DNA of 64,000 nt from Patescibacteria group bacterium (GCA_038062955.1 JBBTWE010000001.1:101411-165410), one strand, 5' to 3'. Shown: positions 1-9,504, numbered from the stretch's first letter. Notes: a model not told the origin generated them from the letters alone. Translations and numbers: made by a program.

Positions 1-60
1 GAGAGTATTTCCTACAAAACGTATTCAAATCCCACAGAATTACTACTTTCAAGCCCTTCG

Positions 61-261
61 ATGCTTCTTACTATCATCTATATCGCGCTGATCGTCGTTG
101 TAATATTTCTAGTTTTGACCGCTCTATTCTTTGAGTTGCGACACCATCATTACTTGCATATTTTGTGTGGCTTTGGTCTTCTTGTCTTAATTTTGATAAT
201 GTACTTTGTCTATAAGTCATTCTTTGGAGGAACTCTGGAAATTGCCTCTGTGGAGTCATAA
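61..261 (+). CDS. small two-TM membrane protein, hypothetical
   Basis: 66-aa ORF with two hydrophobic segments, followed by a hairpin at ~289-319. Confidence 0.55.
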   Translation: MLLTIIYIALIVVVIFLVLTALFFELRHHHYLHILCGFGLLVLILIMYFVYKSFFGGTLEIASVES

Positions 262-343
262 ATTTTTTTCTTATAATTTAATAAATCAAAAAAGTATTGC
301 TAAATGGCAATACTTTTTTGATTTCATTTCATACTGTTTCGGA

Positions 344-622
344 TAGAACTTTCAGATTCCTGCCTGCCGGCAGGCAGGTGAGACAAGTTTGTTGGAAAAA
401 CCGTGTCAGAAATTTTATATAGCACCTCATTTTTATTTTGCTCACGCAAAACAAAACATGAGGCGTAATTTTTGAAGGGCAAAAATTAACTTCGTGATAA
501 AAAATCTTCTGACATGATTTTTGAAGAGCAAAAATCAGAACCGTACCGAAATGTACTCCTTTGTACATTGAGGGAGGCTCGGAGCGAAGTAACGATGAGA
601 TGTGTCGGATATGAGAGTTCTA
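344..622. repeat. composite intergenic repeat: TAGAAC..GTTCTA-ended element with a nested 20-bp palindrome (359-378) and a 116-bp module (405-520)
   Basis: ends TAGAACTTTCAGATT / ATATGAGAGTTCTA match the copies at 24906, 41041 and 62483; 405-520 is the reverse complement of 6375-6490 with 2 mismatches. Confidence 0.85.
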
Positions 623-623
623 C

Positions 624-1544
624 CTATTTGGCGTGCAAGTACATATATATATCTTCCAATGCCTTCACCCCATCTCCCGCAGCAATATTGTTTTGGTGAT
701 ATAAAATATCAGTGCAATCTCCAGCCGCCCAAACTCCTTTTACACTTGTTTGCTGATTTTTAGTATCGATTGGAATTCTTTTGTATTGGTCTAGTTTAAC
801 TAAATTTGCCACATAATCTGTATTAGGAACTAAACCGATTTCTACGAATATTCCTTCAGTGGGGAGCTCGGTAATTTTTCCAGTATTTGCATCCTTGATA
901 ACAATCGATTTCACAAACTTATCACCCTTAACTTCCAAAGTCTCGATATTCTTCAGAGCTTTCATTTTAGGATTCTTGAGGACTTTTTCAACAGTAACAG
1001 GATCAGCTCTAAACTCCGCGCTTCTATGAATCAATGTAACGCTTTTGGCATACGCTAAAAGCTGGGCGGCAGTTTCAAAACCGGCATTGCCCCCTCCAAT
1101 TACAACAGTGTCTTTGTCAGCAAAAAGAGGACCATCGCACGAAGCGCAGTAAGTAATGCCTTTGTTTTCAAACACGTCGGCCCCCTTGGCTTCTAATTGC
1201 CTACGCTTGCTACCTGTCGCAATAAGGACAGTTTTTGCGCTATATTCTCCTTTGTCGGTCTTTACTGCAAAATTTTCTCCAGCTTTGATAATTGATATTG
1301 CTTTTTCTCCTTCTTTTATGAAGACGGTATCTGCAGAGTAGGCCTTGAGGTGTTTTTTTAAATTCTCGGCTAGTTCTAGGCCTGATAGAGAAACTGTTCC
1401 AATCCAATTTTGGACATCTAAAGAAACAGAGCTTTGGCTATTAAAATCAAAGGTTATAAAAACAGTCTTAAGTTTTTTTCTAGCGGCGTAAACTCCAGCG
1501 GCAACACCCGCTGGGCCACCACCAATAATAGCTAAGTCGTACAT
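624..1544 (-). CDS. trxB: thioredoxin-disulfide reductase
   Basis: GGGPAG FAD motif, CASC redox motif, GGGNAG NADPH motif, AAGD. Confidence 0.9.
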   Translation of the reverse strand: MYDLAIIGGGPAGVAAGVYAARKKLKTVFITFDFNSQSSVSLDVQNWIGTVSLSGLELAENLKKHLKAYSADTVFIKEGEKAISIIKAGENFAVKTDKGEYSAKTVLIATGSKRRQLEAKGADVFENKGITYCASCDGPLFADKDTVVIGGGNAGFETAAQLLAYAKSVTLIHRSAEFRADPVTVEKVLKNPKMKALKNIETLEVKGDKFVKSIVIKDANTGKITELPTEGIFVEIGLVPNTDYVANLVKLDQYKRIPIDTKNQQTSVKGVWAAGDCTDILYHQNNIAAGDGVKALEDIYMYLHAK

Positions 1545-1559
1545 ATGTATTAGTCTTGA

Positions 1560-2711
1560 TTATTTTTTATTGCGTCTTAAAAACGCTGGTACTACACCCC
1601 AATCATCTTCCTCATCAGCTCCTAGAGGGGTTTTTTTCTCTTCACCTGCTTCTATCACTTCTTTCTTGAATTCAGGTAGAGTGTTGTATATTTTTCCTTT
1701 TTCTACTACGCTCTCTTTCTTTTCCACATTTTGGAACAAAGATTTTTTCAGAACATTTTCAGGAAATCCTGTCGCAATTACTGTGATTTTTATTTCATTT
1801 TTCTTCAACTTTTCATCTCTTACTGTACCGAAAATAATTTTTGCATTTGGATCAACAGATTCTGTAATAATCTTGGCTGCTTCTTGAATTTCATGCATTG
1901 TCAGGTCGTTTCCACCAGCAATCGAGAAGAGAACACCTTTGGCGCCATTTACGGAAAGTTCTAGAAGTGGGGAATTGATGGCCGCCTTCGCCGCTTCTTC
2001 CGCTCTTTTTTCACCAGTTGCTGAACCTGTTCCCATGAGAGCAGGGCCCGCATTTTCCATAATAGCCTTGATGTCGGCAAAGTCCACGTTGATGACTCCG
2101 GGGGTGGTTATAAGATCAGAGATACCTTCCACGGCTTGTTTCAAAACGTCATCACACATAGCGAAAGCATCTTTAGCTGTCGTTTCTTTGCTGACGGTAA
2201 CGAGTAGACGATCGTTTGGAATGACAATTATTGCGTCCACCGCATTGCGTAACTCTGCGAGTCCAAGCTCGGCCAATTTATTTCTTTGTTGTCCTTCGAA
2301 AAAGAACGGTCTGGTTACAACTCCAACAGTGAGTGCTCCAAGCTCACGGGCAATTTGAGCAACACGAGGAGCGGCACCTGTGCAAGTTCCGCCTCCCATT
2401 CCACCAGCGATGAATACCATGTCGGCGCCCTTGATTGCTTCCTGAATTTCTTCTTGAGTTTCTTCCACCGCTTTTTTACCAAGTTCCGGATTCATGCCGG
2501 TTCCCAAGCCTCGGGTCAAGTTCTTTCCTATATGAATTTTTCGCTTAGCTAGTGTGTTGTGAAGGTCTTGCGCGTCTGTATTGATACCAATGAATTCAAC
2601 CCCCTTAACTTTGGAGTTAATCATATGATTTATAGCGTTTTTACCGGATCCTCCCACGCCCAATACTTTTATTCTGGCGAATGCTTCTACTTCAGGTTTT
2701 ATTTGAGGCAT
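1560..2711 (-). CDS. ftsZ: cell division protein FtsZ
   Basis: GVGGSG, NTDAQ, tubulin-signature variant GGGTCTG, NVDFAD, C-terminal VPAFLR. Confidence 0.98.
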   Translation of the reverse strand: MPQIKPEVEAFARIKVLGVGGSGKNAINHMINSKVKGVEFIGINTDAQDLHNTLAKRKIHIGKNLTRGLGTGMNPELGKKAVEETQEEIQEAIKGADMVFIAGGMGGGTCTGAAPRVAQIARELGALTVGVVTRPFFFEGQQRNKLAELGLAELRNAVDAIIVIPNDRLLVTVSKETTAKDAFAMCDDVLKQAVEGISDLITTPGVINVDFADIKAIMENAGPALMGTGSATGEKRAEEAAKAAINSPLLELSVNGAKGVLFSIAGGNDLTMHEIQEAAKIITESVDPNAKIIFGTVRDEKLKKNEIKITVIATGFPENVLKKSLFQNVEKKESVVEKGKIYNTLPEFKKEVIEAGEEKKTPLGADEEDDWGVVPAFLRRNKK

Positions 2712-2912
2712 ATATTTTAATGCTATATGTTTTTAAAAATTAAAAAAGAGTTCGATCAAGAGAAGAACATGCGTGTGTCTACACTAATATATCAAAAAAA
2801 GTTTTAAAAACAAGCCCCAACGGAAACTTTTTTCCCCGCATCTAATATAATCACGGTAGTGCCTTGCTAGCTTCAATGCTGAATAACACTAGCGAAATAG
2901 TCTCATTTTGAA

Positions 2913-4091
2913 TTAAGGCCAAAATTGTTTAAAAAATATCCTTATTTTTCCAGTGGTTTTTTTTACAAAATACTTTAAATATGGCTCTTGGTCTTGAGCC
3001 CCTAAACCTAATAAGCAAAGTCCATAAACTGCTGACCAAGAAGAATCCTTGATTACATTATTTTTTGTATTTTCATTGGAGATCGTTCCAATTTTTGCCG
3101 GAAGTTTTAAGAATGTTTTGGCAAAATTTTCAATATCAACGATGCCGCTTCCTCCGCCAGTAAAGATAATTCCGGCTGGCAGTATGCCGTTCCTCCCAAT
3201 TTTTTTCAGATGAGATTCTATGGTATCGAATATGTCTTCGAGTCTGGCTTCAATAATTTCTTCAACTTTTTTTCTTGGATAAGTCGCAATGGTTAATGCG
3301 CCAAGTTTTACGTGTTCAGCTTCGTCTAAGGAAATTTTAAGTCCCAAAGCAATATCGTTTGTTATGTTGTTTGAACCAGTAGGGAAGACTTCGACGGAAA
3401 TTGGAATATTGTTTTCGTAAATCACAGTAGAGAGAGTTTCTCCGCCTATATTGATTAGAATACAACCCGCTCTTTTTTGTTGTTTGGAAAGCAAAATCAA
3501 ACTTGAAGCTATCGGATTTGCCACAGCGTCTATGACGTCAACACCTAATTCTTCCAATACTTTCATCAAATCATTCAAATGTTTTTCTAAAACAGTCACG
3601 AAAAGACACTTCATTTCAAGCTTACTCCCTTTCATACCTATAGGACTTCCGATAACAGTTTTGCCATCCAATTTATAAGAGATTGGAATTGTGTGTAAGA
3701 TTTCTCTGTTTAAAGAAGCAGAGCTAGGTATATTGTTTTGGCACTCCGTGATTAATTTTTCTAAATCTATCTCACCCACTTCAAGATCGGCGCGAGATAT
3801 TATGACTTCTGCAGAGGAAGAAACACTGCCTAACCCCGTGCTACCGACAGAGAGCATGACTTCTTTTATTTTTGAGCCTATACTTTTTTCTGCCGCTCGG
3901 AGCGCTTTTCCTACACATTTTGAAACGGCCTCTTTTTCTGTTATGCAACCATGTCGAAGACCTCTGGATTCAGAGAGCCCAAAACCGATCATCTTTGGTA
4001 CAGGACGTTCACCTTCAATCAAGGATTCAGCAACGCCTACTCGAATAAATTGAGTACCAATATCGATGCTAGCAACAAAATTCCTGCTCAT
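2913..4091 (-). CDS. ftsA: cell division protein FtsA
   Basis: DIGT actin-like start, NIGG, TGGGS; directly upstream of ftsZ. Confidence 0.95.
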   Translation of the reverse strand: MSRNFVASIDIGTQFIRVGVAESLIEGERPVPKMIGFGLSESRGLRHGCITEKEAVSKCVGKALRAAEKSIGSKIKEVMLSVGSTGLGSVSSSAEVIISRADLEVGEIDLEKLITECQNNIPSSASLNREILHTIPISYKLDGKTVIGSPIGMKGSKLEMKCLFVTVLEKHLNDLMKVLEELGVDVIDAVANPIASSLILLSKQQKRAGCILINIGGETLSTVIYENNIPISVEVFPTGSNNITNDIALGLKISLDEAEHVKLGALTIATYPRKKVEEIIEARLEDIFDTIESHLKKIGRNGILPAGIIFTGGGSGIVDIENFAKTFLKLPAKIGTISNENTKNNVIKDSSWSAVYGLCLLGLGAQDQEPYLKYFVKKTTGKIRIFFKQFWP

Positions 4092-4213
4092 AGAGCATAA
4101 ATTATATCATGAAAAAATTGATTCAAGATATAAGATTCACGATTCAAGAAAGAAATTTGAGATTTCCTGTTGTTATTTTTTTTCCTATCGCCTAATGCCT
4201 GGTTTCCCAAAGC

Positions 4214-4630
4214 CTAATTCTTAAAGAATTGCTCAAGTTCTGGAGGGATTTTAATATCAAAATCTTCCAAGAATTTTTTTTCCTGGTCCGACATTCCTTT
4301 TCCATGATCCAAACCTTTTAGATGTAAAAGTCCATGAATAAATATAAAAACAAAATAGGATTGATAGCTTAATTTAATATTTTTCGCTTCTTCCTCGATC
4401 TTTGAGAGATCCATAAAGATTTCACCGGCTGTTTCTCCAAGCGGAAAACTCAAAACATTTGTTGGATGGTTTTTGTTGCGATATTTATTATTTAAATCTT
4501 GAGATAGCGTATTTTCAGCAAAAACCACACTTAATTCATAATCTTGTCCGACAATTTTATTTTTAATTTTTTTAAGGAATAAGCCGCTAGCAGGCGGCTT
4601 AACCTCGGTTTTATTTACAATATCAAACAT
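4214..4630 (-). CDS. ybeY: rRNA maturation endoribonuclease YbeY
   Basis: LNxxYR..PTNVLSF and HGLLHLKGLDH motifs. Confidence 0.95.
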   Translation of the reverse strand: MFDIVNKTEVKPPASGLFLKKIKNKIVGQDYELSVVFAENTLSQDLNNKYRNKNHPTNVLSFPLGETAGEIFMDLSKIEEEAKNIKLSYQSYFVFIFIHGLLHLKGLDHGKGMSDQEKKFLEDFDIKIPPELEQFFKN

Positions 4631-4641
4631 GTGTTAGTTTT

Positions 4642-4890
4642 CTACTTCGAGGAGTCGTTTCTTTTGTCCTGCATTTTGCCGAGCTTTATCAATCTGCTGA
4701 CTTCCTTTTTTCTTTCAATAACTTTCAAAGCTCGATTTTTCTTAGCTGGTTCCGATTTGTCTCTTTTAGTGTACCTCTCGGCGCGAGCTTTAGGCAAAAT
4801 ACCTGATCCTTGGACCCTTCTGGTAAACCTTTTTATGAGGCTGACATTGTTTTCAGAGCCTGTTTTTTGAACTTCAACGTTTACTGACAT
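4642..4890 (-). CDS. rpsU: 30S ribosomal protein bS21-like
   Basis: basic 82-aa protein with an ENNVSLIKRFTRRVQ..GIL pattern. Confidence 0.75.
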   Translation of the reverse strand: MSVNVEVQKTGSENNVSLIKRFTRRVQGSGILPKARAERYTKRDKSEPAKKNRALKVIERKKEVSRLIKLGKMQDKRNDSSK

Positions 4891-4965
4891 AGGCTAATAG
4901 ACTAACATATATTGTTTAAACGTACAAATTTATTTCAACTTCTAATTAGGGTGTGGAAAAATATA

Positions 4966-5080
4966 GATTCAAGAAACAATCTGCCTGCCGGCAGGGATTC
5001 ATGATTTCATGGCTTCGCCAGATCCTGAGCAGCATGGACAAGAATAATTTTTTTTAATCTTGATTCCTGAATCTTGAATC
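4966..5080. repeat. heptamer (GATTCAA-type) inverted array with an inserted CTGCCTGCCGGCAGG palindrome
   Basis: GATTCAAG/GATTCATG units on the left, AATCTTG/GAATCTTGAATC on the right; palindrome at 4981-4995. Confidence 0.7.
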
Positions 5081-5092
5081 ATGCTTCTACTC

Positions 5093-6313
5093 TTATATCT
5101 TAAGTTTTCTCAAGTAGTTCACCAAATCACAAGAAGAAACCGTTTCTTGGACCCGAGTCTCGGTATTTCGGACAACAACTGATTGCTCCAACGCCTCTTT
5201 TTCTCCAATTATCAGGATATAAGGGAAATTCAAGTTTTCAGCTGTGGTGAGTTGTCCCATGAGTTTATCTTTTGTAAGAGAATGATAAATCGGAATTCGC
5301 GCTTTTCGGAGGGACTCGATGAGTGCAAGACATTTAGCTTTAGCCTTATTGCCAAACTGCACCAAAAAATACTTCGGTTTTATTTTTCTTATGTTTGTTT
5401 TTTTGACCTTAGCTATATTGTCTTTGATTGAAACGCTTAAGTACGGGATTTCTTTTCGGATGTGTAGTTTTCTTACAATATTGTGATGTCGGACACCCAC
5501 GGCTACGACGGCTTCGTCGGCCTTGATCTGAAAGATTGTCTGTGAGCAATATTGTTTGTTTGGAATCAAAGAATGATTTAAATCATAAGGAGTTTCGAAA
5601 AATTCCAAATATTCCAAAACTTCTTTAAAATGTTTTATTGCTTGTGGCGTCAAAAAATTCAAAGGTTTTGGCATGTTTGCCATCATTTCTTTATTCTCGT
5701 CTTCCAGATCTTTCTTTAAGATATCATTTGGTTCTTTCTTGATTATTTCGATAATGTCCTTGGGCAAGACTTCGGCATTTTTTTTGACGAAATTTGATAA
5801 TTCTTTTTCGAATTTTCCGAAAGATTCTTTGTCTCCAACGCTGTTTATCTCTATTTTTAAATTTTTTACTTCCTGATCTCTCAATATCGCTAGACTGGTC
5901 TTCAAAGCCAGAGCTTCAGCAACACTGCTTCCTGATCCAAGAATAGACAGATTTAAAAATGATTCGGAGTCATTTTTTTTATATTCTTCTTTGTCTCTGT
6001 AGCAAATTGAGAGGGGAAAAGGAAATGATCGGAAACCGCCTTCAATATAAGTTCGGAGCAGATATATTTTATTATTCATGCTATGTGAACGTTCAAGACC
6101 TTGATTTATTTTTTGGAGACATAAACCATTTTCAAAACTTTTAGACTGGAGGCAATCATCTTTGGAGGCTTGGGGTGTTTTTATTGGAATAAAACCGTAA
6201 AAAAAAGCGGTTTCTAAGGCCTTATCAATATTATAGAGGGAGAGATTATTAAGATTTTTATTCAAAGAAGATGATTTGTCTTTTGTAAGCATTGGAGATA
6301 GATAATCACTCAC
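5093..6313 (-). CDS. HisRS-like protein with a degenerate catalytic core and an intact anticodon-binding domain
   Basis: FFYGFxxIKTP, INSVGD..., HFKEVLEYL and C-terminal QLTTAENLNFPYILIIGEKE; motif 2/3 residues are missing. Confidence 0.8.
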   Translation of the reverse strand: MSDYLSPMLTKDKSSSLNKNLNNLSLYNIDKALETAFFYGFIPIKTPQASKDDCLQSKSFENGLCLQKINQGLERSHSMNNKIYLLRTYIEGGFRSFPFPLSICYRDKEEYKKNDSESFLNLSILGSGSSVAEALALKTSLAILRDQEVKNLKIEINSVGDKESFGKFEKELSNFVKKNAEVLPKDIIEIIKKEPNDILKKDLEDENKEMMANMPKPLNFLTPQAIKHFKEVLEYLEFFETPYDLNHSLIPNKQYCSQTIFQIKADEAVVAVGVRHHNIVRKLHIRKEIPYLSVSIKDNIAKVKKTNIRKIKPKYFLVQFGNKAKAKCLALIESLRKARIPIYHSLTKDKLMGQLTTAENLNFPYILIIGEKEALEQSVVVRNTETRVQETVSSCDLVNYLRKLKI

Positions 6314-6356
6314 ATGTTCTTTTTAAAAACGCGCATATTCGCGAGCTCACGGATGG

Positions 6357-6490
6357 CTGATTTCTGTACCACAGAAATCATGTCGGAAGATTTTTTATCA
6401 CGAAGTTAATTTTTGCCCTTCAAAAATTACGCCTCATGTTTTGTTTTGTGTGAGCAAAATAAAAATGAGGTGCTATATAAAATTTCTGAC
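6357..6490. repeat. modular hairpin repeat (GATTTTTGCCCTTCAAAAAT family)
   Basis: 6375-6490 is an inverted copy of 405-520; shorter relatives at 25891-25955 and 41083-41147. Confidence 0.85.
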
Positions 6491-6495
6491 TCGAC

Positions 6496-7077
6496 CTATT
6501 CCTCGTATCTACCAGGGAAAACTTTCAAACGGGAAAAGGGAATAAGCCTGACTAGCGGTCTTCCGACAATCAAATCTTCTTTGAGTGGTCCCCAAACGCG
6601 TGAATCTGAACTTGAGGCTCGGTTGTCGCCCATAACAAAGTACTCATCGTCTTCCAATGTAACCTCCATCGAATCATTTTTCGGATACAAGATGTAATCC
6701 TCCTTAAGTTTCAATCCCTTTGGATTTGCTTCGTTTATAATAGTAATTTCAGTGCCGTTTATCCTAACTGTCTCGCTTGGTAGGCCTATTATTCTTTTAA
6801 TAAAGTATTTTGAGCGATCTTTTGGGTAGTGGAAGATAATAATCTCGCCACGTTCTGGGTCTTTCAGTGTTTTATAGCTTATTTGGTCAACAATTAAATA
6901 TTCGCCAGGCAAAAACGTTGGAGTCATCGAGGCGCCGTTTACAATAAAGGGCTGCGCGACAAAATATCTAAATGGCACTACAACCAAGAAAGCAATTAAA
7001 ATAAATTTTAGGAGTTCTTTGAAAAATCCACCACTTTTTTTCTCCCCATTATCTAAATATTCATCTGTCATTGCCAT
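6496..7077 (-). CDS. lepB: signal peptidase I
   Basis: GASMxPT catalytic Ser, IKRIIG Lys, GDNRxxSxDSR. Confidence 0.95.
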   Translation of the reverse strand: MAMTDEYLDNGEKKSGGFFKELLKFILIAFLVVVPFRYFVAQPFIVNGASMTPTFLPGEYLIVDQISYKTLKDPERGEIIIFHYPKDRSKYFIKRIIGLPSETVRINGTEITIINEANPKGLKLKEDYILYPKNDSMEVTLEDDEYFVMGDNRASSSDSRVWGPLKEDLIVGRPLVRLIPFSRLKVFPGRYEE

Positions 7078-7180
7078 TTTCCAAGTATTTTATACAATTA
7101 GAATATCAATAGCAAGAGCAACCACTTATTTTGTTTGTTTTGTCACAAGATTAATGATTTTTTTGAATAAAATAAGTAAA

Positions 7181-7287
7181 ATTTTCAATTCACAATGACC
7201 AATTCCCAATGAATTATCAAATTTCAATTGTTTGATAATTGAGATATGTAGCTTGATTGATAATTGTGCATTGATAATTGATAATTA
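7181..7287. repeat. degenerate CAAT/ATTG short-unit inverted array
   Basis: TTTTCAAT..CAATGACCAAT left arm and TTGATAATTG right arm; related copy at 10517-10601. Confidence 0.7.
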
Positions 7288-7336
7288 GATTCTAAATATA
7301 AGTATAAGATTATAAATATATAAGATATCTGTAAAA

Positions 7337-7933
7337 ATGACATACTACATCGTTGGTCTAGGCAACCCGGGAGATGAATACAAAGAGAGTCGACACAATG
7401 TTGGACGCGATATTGTCGATTTTTTTAGAAAAAAGAACGGATTTTCAGAGTGGAAGTTGAACAACAAAGCCAAGGCTCTTACTTCAGAGGGGAAAATCGG
7501 TAAAAATGATGTAGATTTGATTCTTCCTGATGCTTATATGAATAAATCCGGAGTGAGCCTACGGGGGTTTATAACATCTGTGAAAGCGGCCCATAGTGCA
7601 GTTGTAGTTTATGATGATTTGGATTTGCCGATCGGTAAAATGAAAATTTCTTTTAACAGAAGTTCGGGCGGGCACAGGGGAGTTCTATCAATCGAAAAGA
7701 ATTTAAAAACTCGTGAGTTTATAAGGCTTCGAGTCGGGGTAACCCCGGCAACTGCAAGCGGCAAGCTTAAAAAACCGCATGGAGAAAAAGAAGTAGTAGA
7801 TTTTATTTTAGGGAAATTCAAGAAGTCAGAGTCGGAAGAATTAAAGAAGGTTTATAAAAGGGCATCGGAAGCTTTGGAGGATGTTGTAAAGGACGGTTTA
7901 GAAAAAGCAATGGGGAAGTGGAATAGTAATTAA
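7337..7933 (+). CDS. pth: peptidyl-tRNA hydrolase
   Basis: GLGNPG, SRHNVG, YMNKSG, DDLDLP, GGHRG. Confidence 0.96.
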   Translation: MTYYIVGLGNPGDEYKESRHNVGRDIVDFFRKKNGFSEWKLNNKAKALTSEGKIGKNDVDLILPDAYMNKSGVSLRGFITSVKAAHSAVVVYDDLDLPIGKMKISFNRSSGGHRGVLSIEKNLKTREFIRLRVGVTPATASGKLKKPHGEKEVVDFILGKFKKSESEELKKVYKRASEALEDVVKDGLEKAMGKWNSN

Positions 7934-7942
7934 TAGATTCAA

Positions 7943-7960
7943 CCTGCCTGCCGGCAGGCA
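7943..7960. repeat. CCTGCCTGCCGGCAGGCA palindromic REP-like unit
   Basis: same palindrome at 359, 4981 and 61981. Confidence 0.85.
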
Positions 7961-7988
7961 AGGAGGCAAGATTCAAGATAAAAATTAA

Positions 7989-8032
7989 ATTAAACAAAAA
8001 CACAAACCTTAAGGTTTGTGTTTTTGTTTAAT
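7989..8032. terminator. perfect 44-bp palindrome, probable bidirectional terminator
   Basis: ATTAAACAAAAACACAAACCTT/AAGGTTTGTGTTTTTGTTTAAT between convergent pth and rpsA. Confidence 0.6.
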
Positions 8033-8053
8033 CTCTTTGTAAGAAAGTCGTTT

Positions 8054-9268
8054 TTACTTTGTTTCTTCCTTTGCTTCCTCTTTTTTAGCGTTTGGATCAA
8101 TGAAAGATAGGGTCATTTTTTGATCTTTTGGTTCAAAAAGGGTGATTTTCAGATCGTAACTATTTCCAAGACTCAATTTCTCTCTTAGTTTGGCTTCATT
8201 GCCGAATTCAGATACGTGCACAAGTCCTGCGATTCCTTCTTCGATGCTGACAAGCGCGCCGTGTTTGTTGAATTTAATAACCACGCCTTTAACAGAATCT
8301 CCCTTCTTGTATCTTTTCTCAACATTGTTCCAAGGGTTTTCTTTTAGAGCTTTGATAGAGAGTGAAATCTTCTCTTCTTTAATTTCGATAATTTTAACTT
8401 CGATCTTGTCTCCTACTTTGTACATGCCTTTTGGGTTTTCCACGAGTCCCCAGTCCATTTCTGAAATATGAACTAATCCTTCAAGTCCTTCTTCGACTTT
8501 AACGAAGACACCAAAATCAACTACTCCGGTAACTTCTCCCATAACTTTGTCGCCAACAGAATATTTCTCAATAATTTTTGCTTTTTTCTTTAATTCAGGA
8601 TTCTTCTCGGAGAAAATCAATTTATTTTCTTTAGGAGTTGCAACAATAATAGAGACAGACAATTTTTGTCCCAATAATTTTCGAAGTTCTTCCAAAATTT
8701 TATCCTTATCGCCGTCTGCGACTCTTGGATAGTGTTCAGTGTTGAGTTGAGAAGCTGGTAAGAAACCAGTGATGCCTTGCCAGTTAAGCATAAGACCACC
8801 CTTATTGGCCTCGTGCGGAGAAAGCTCGAATACAGTTTTGTTTTTTATTGCTGTTTCTGCTTCACTCCAAACTTTTGCTTGACGAGCTTCTTTGAGTGAA
8901 ATTTCAAAGTAACCTTCTTTTTCTTCAATATCAATAATTTTTCCACTAACGCTGTCGCCCGGGCTAACATTTTTTATTATATCTTTTGCAACTGTATATT
9001 CTCGGCCGTAGATAATTCCGGTACCAAATGGCTGCATATCAACAAAAACAGTGCTTTTCTCTATTCTAAGAACTTTTCCCTCGATTAAATCTCCAACCAT
9101 AGGTGGAGGAGTCGCTTCATTCAATAATTTGCCCATTAAAGTTGGCTTTTCCAACTTCACCTCTTTTTCAGCTTCTTCTTTTGTGCTTTCAGTTTGCGTT
9201 TCTTTAATTTCTTCCTCCTTTTTTACTTTTTTTGTTTTTTTCAAATCTTGAGTTGTTTCTTTTACCAT
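8054..9268 (-). CDS. rpsA: 30S ribosomal protein bS1 (4 S1 domains)
   Basis: repeated S1 motifs GFLPASQ, FGVFV..GLEGLVHISE, GLVHVSE. Confidence 0.92.
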   Translation of the reverse strand: MVKETTQDLKKTKKVKKEEEIKETQTESTKEEAEKEVKLEKPTLMGKLLNEATPPPMVGDLIEGKVLRIEKSTVFVDMQPFGTGIIYGREYTVAKDIIKNVSPGDSVSGKIIDIEEKEGYFEISLKEARQAKVWSEAETAIKNKTVFELSPHEANKGGLMLNWQGITGFLPASQLNTEHYPRVADGDKDKILEELRKLLGQKLSVSIIVATPKENKLIFSEKNPELKKKAKIIEKYSVGDKVMGEVTGVVDFGVFVKVEEGLEGLVHISEMDWGLVENPKGMYKVGDKIEVKIIEIKEEKISLSIKALKENPWNNVEKRYKKGDSVKGVVIKFNKHGALVSIEEGIAGLVHVSEFGNEAKLREKLSLGNSYDLKITLFEPKDQKMTLSFIDPNAKKEEAKEETK

Positions 9269-9421
9269 ACAAAGTCTGATTTAACAGGGGATTAATTAAT
9301 AAATGCTATGCCTTAAATTAAAACACCCATTTAAGGGCAGGCGAGTATTAGTATACGTATTTTGATTAAAATGTCTACTAGAGTAGTCCAAAGTTATGTA
9401 AAGTAAAAAACTAGACGGTAT

Positions 9422-9470
9422 TTGACTTTTATTGGCTTTGGATGTATATTTTATATAGATAGCTCTTTTC
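9422..9470 (+). promoter_or_regulatory. sigma70 promoter plus BoxA-like element
   Basis: TTGACT(9422)-N17-TATATT(9445); AGCTCTTTTC at 9461-9470. Confidence 0.6.
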
Positions 9471-9504
9471 CCATCTTACTATTTTCACAGGGTAGACAGA
9501 GAAC

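Noticed and set aside
329-699. Short ORFs at 329-568, 514-699 and 6413-6697
   Set aside because: They are translations of the intergenic repeat modules.
7181-7330. Possible CRISPR array in the repeat-rich intergenic regions
   Set aside because: Units are degenerate 7-8-mers without constant repeats or unique spacers, and there are no cas genes in the window.
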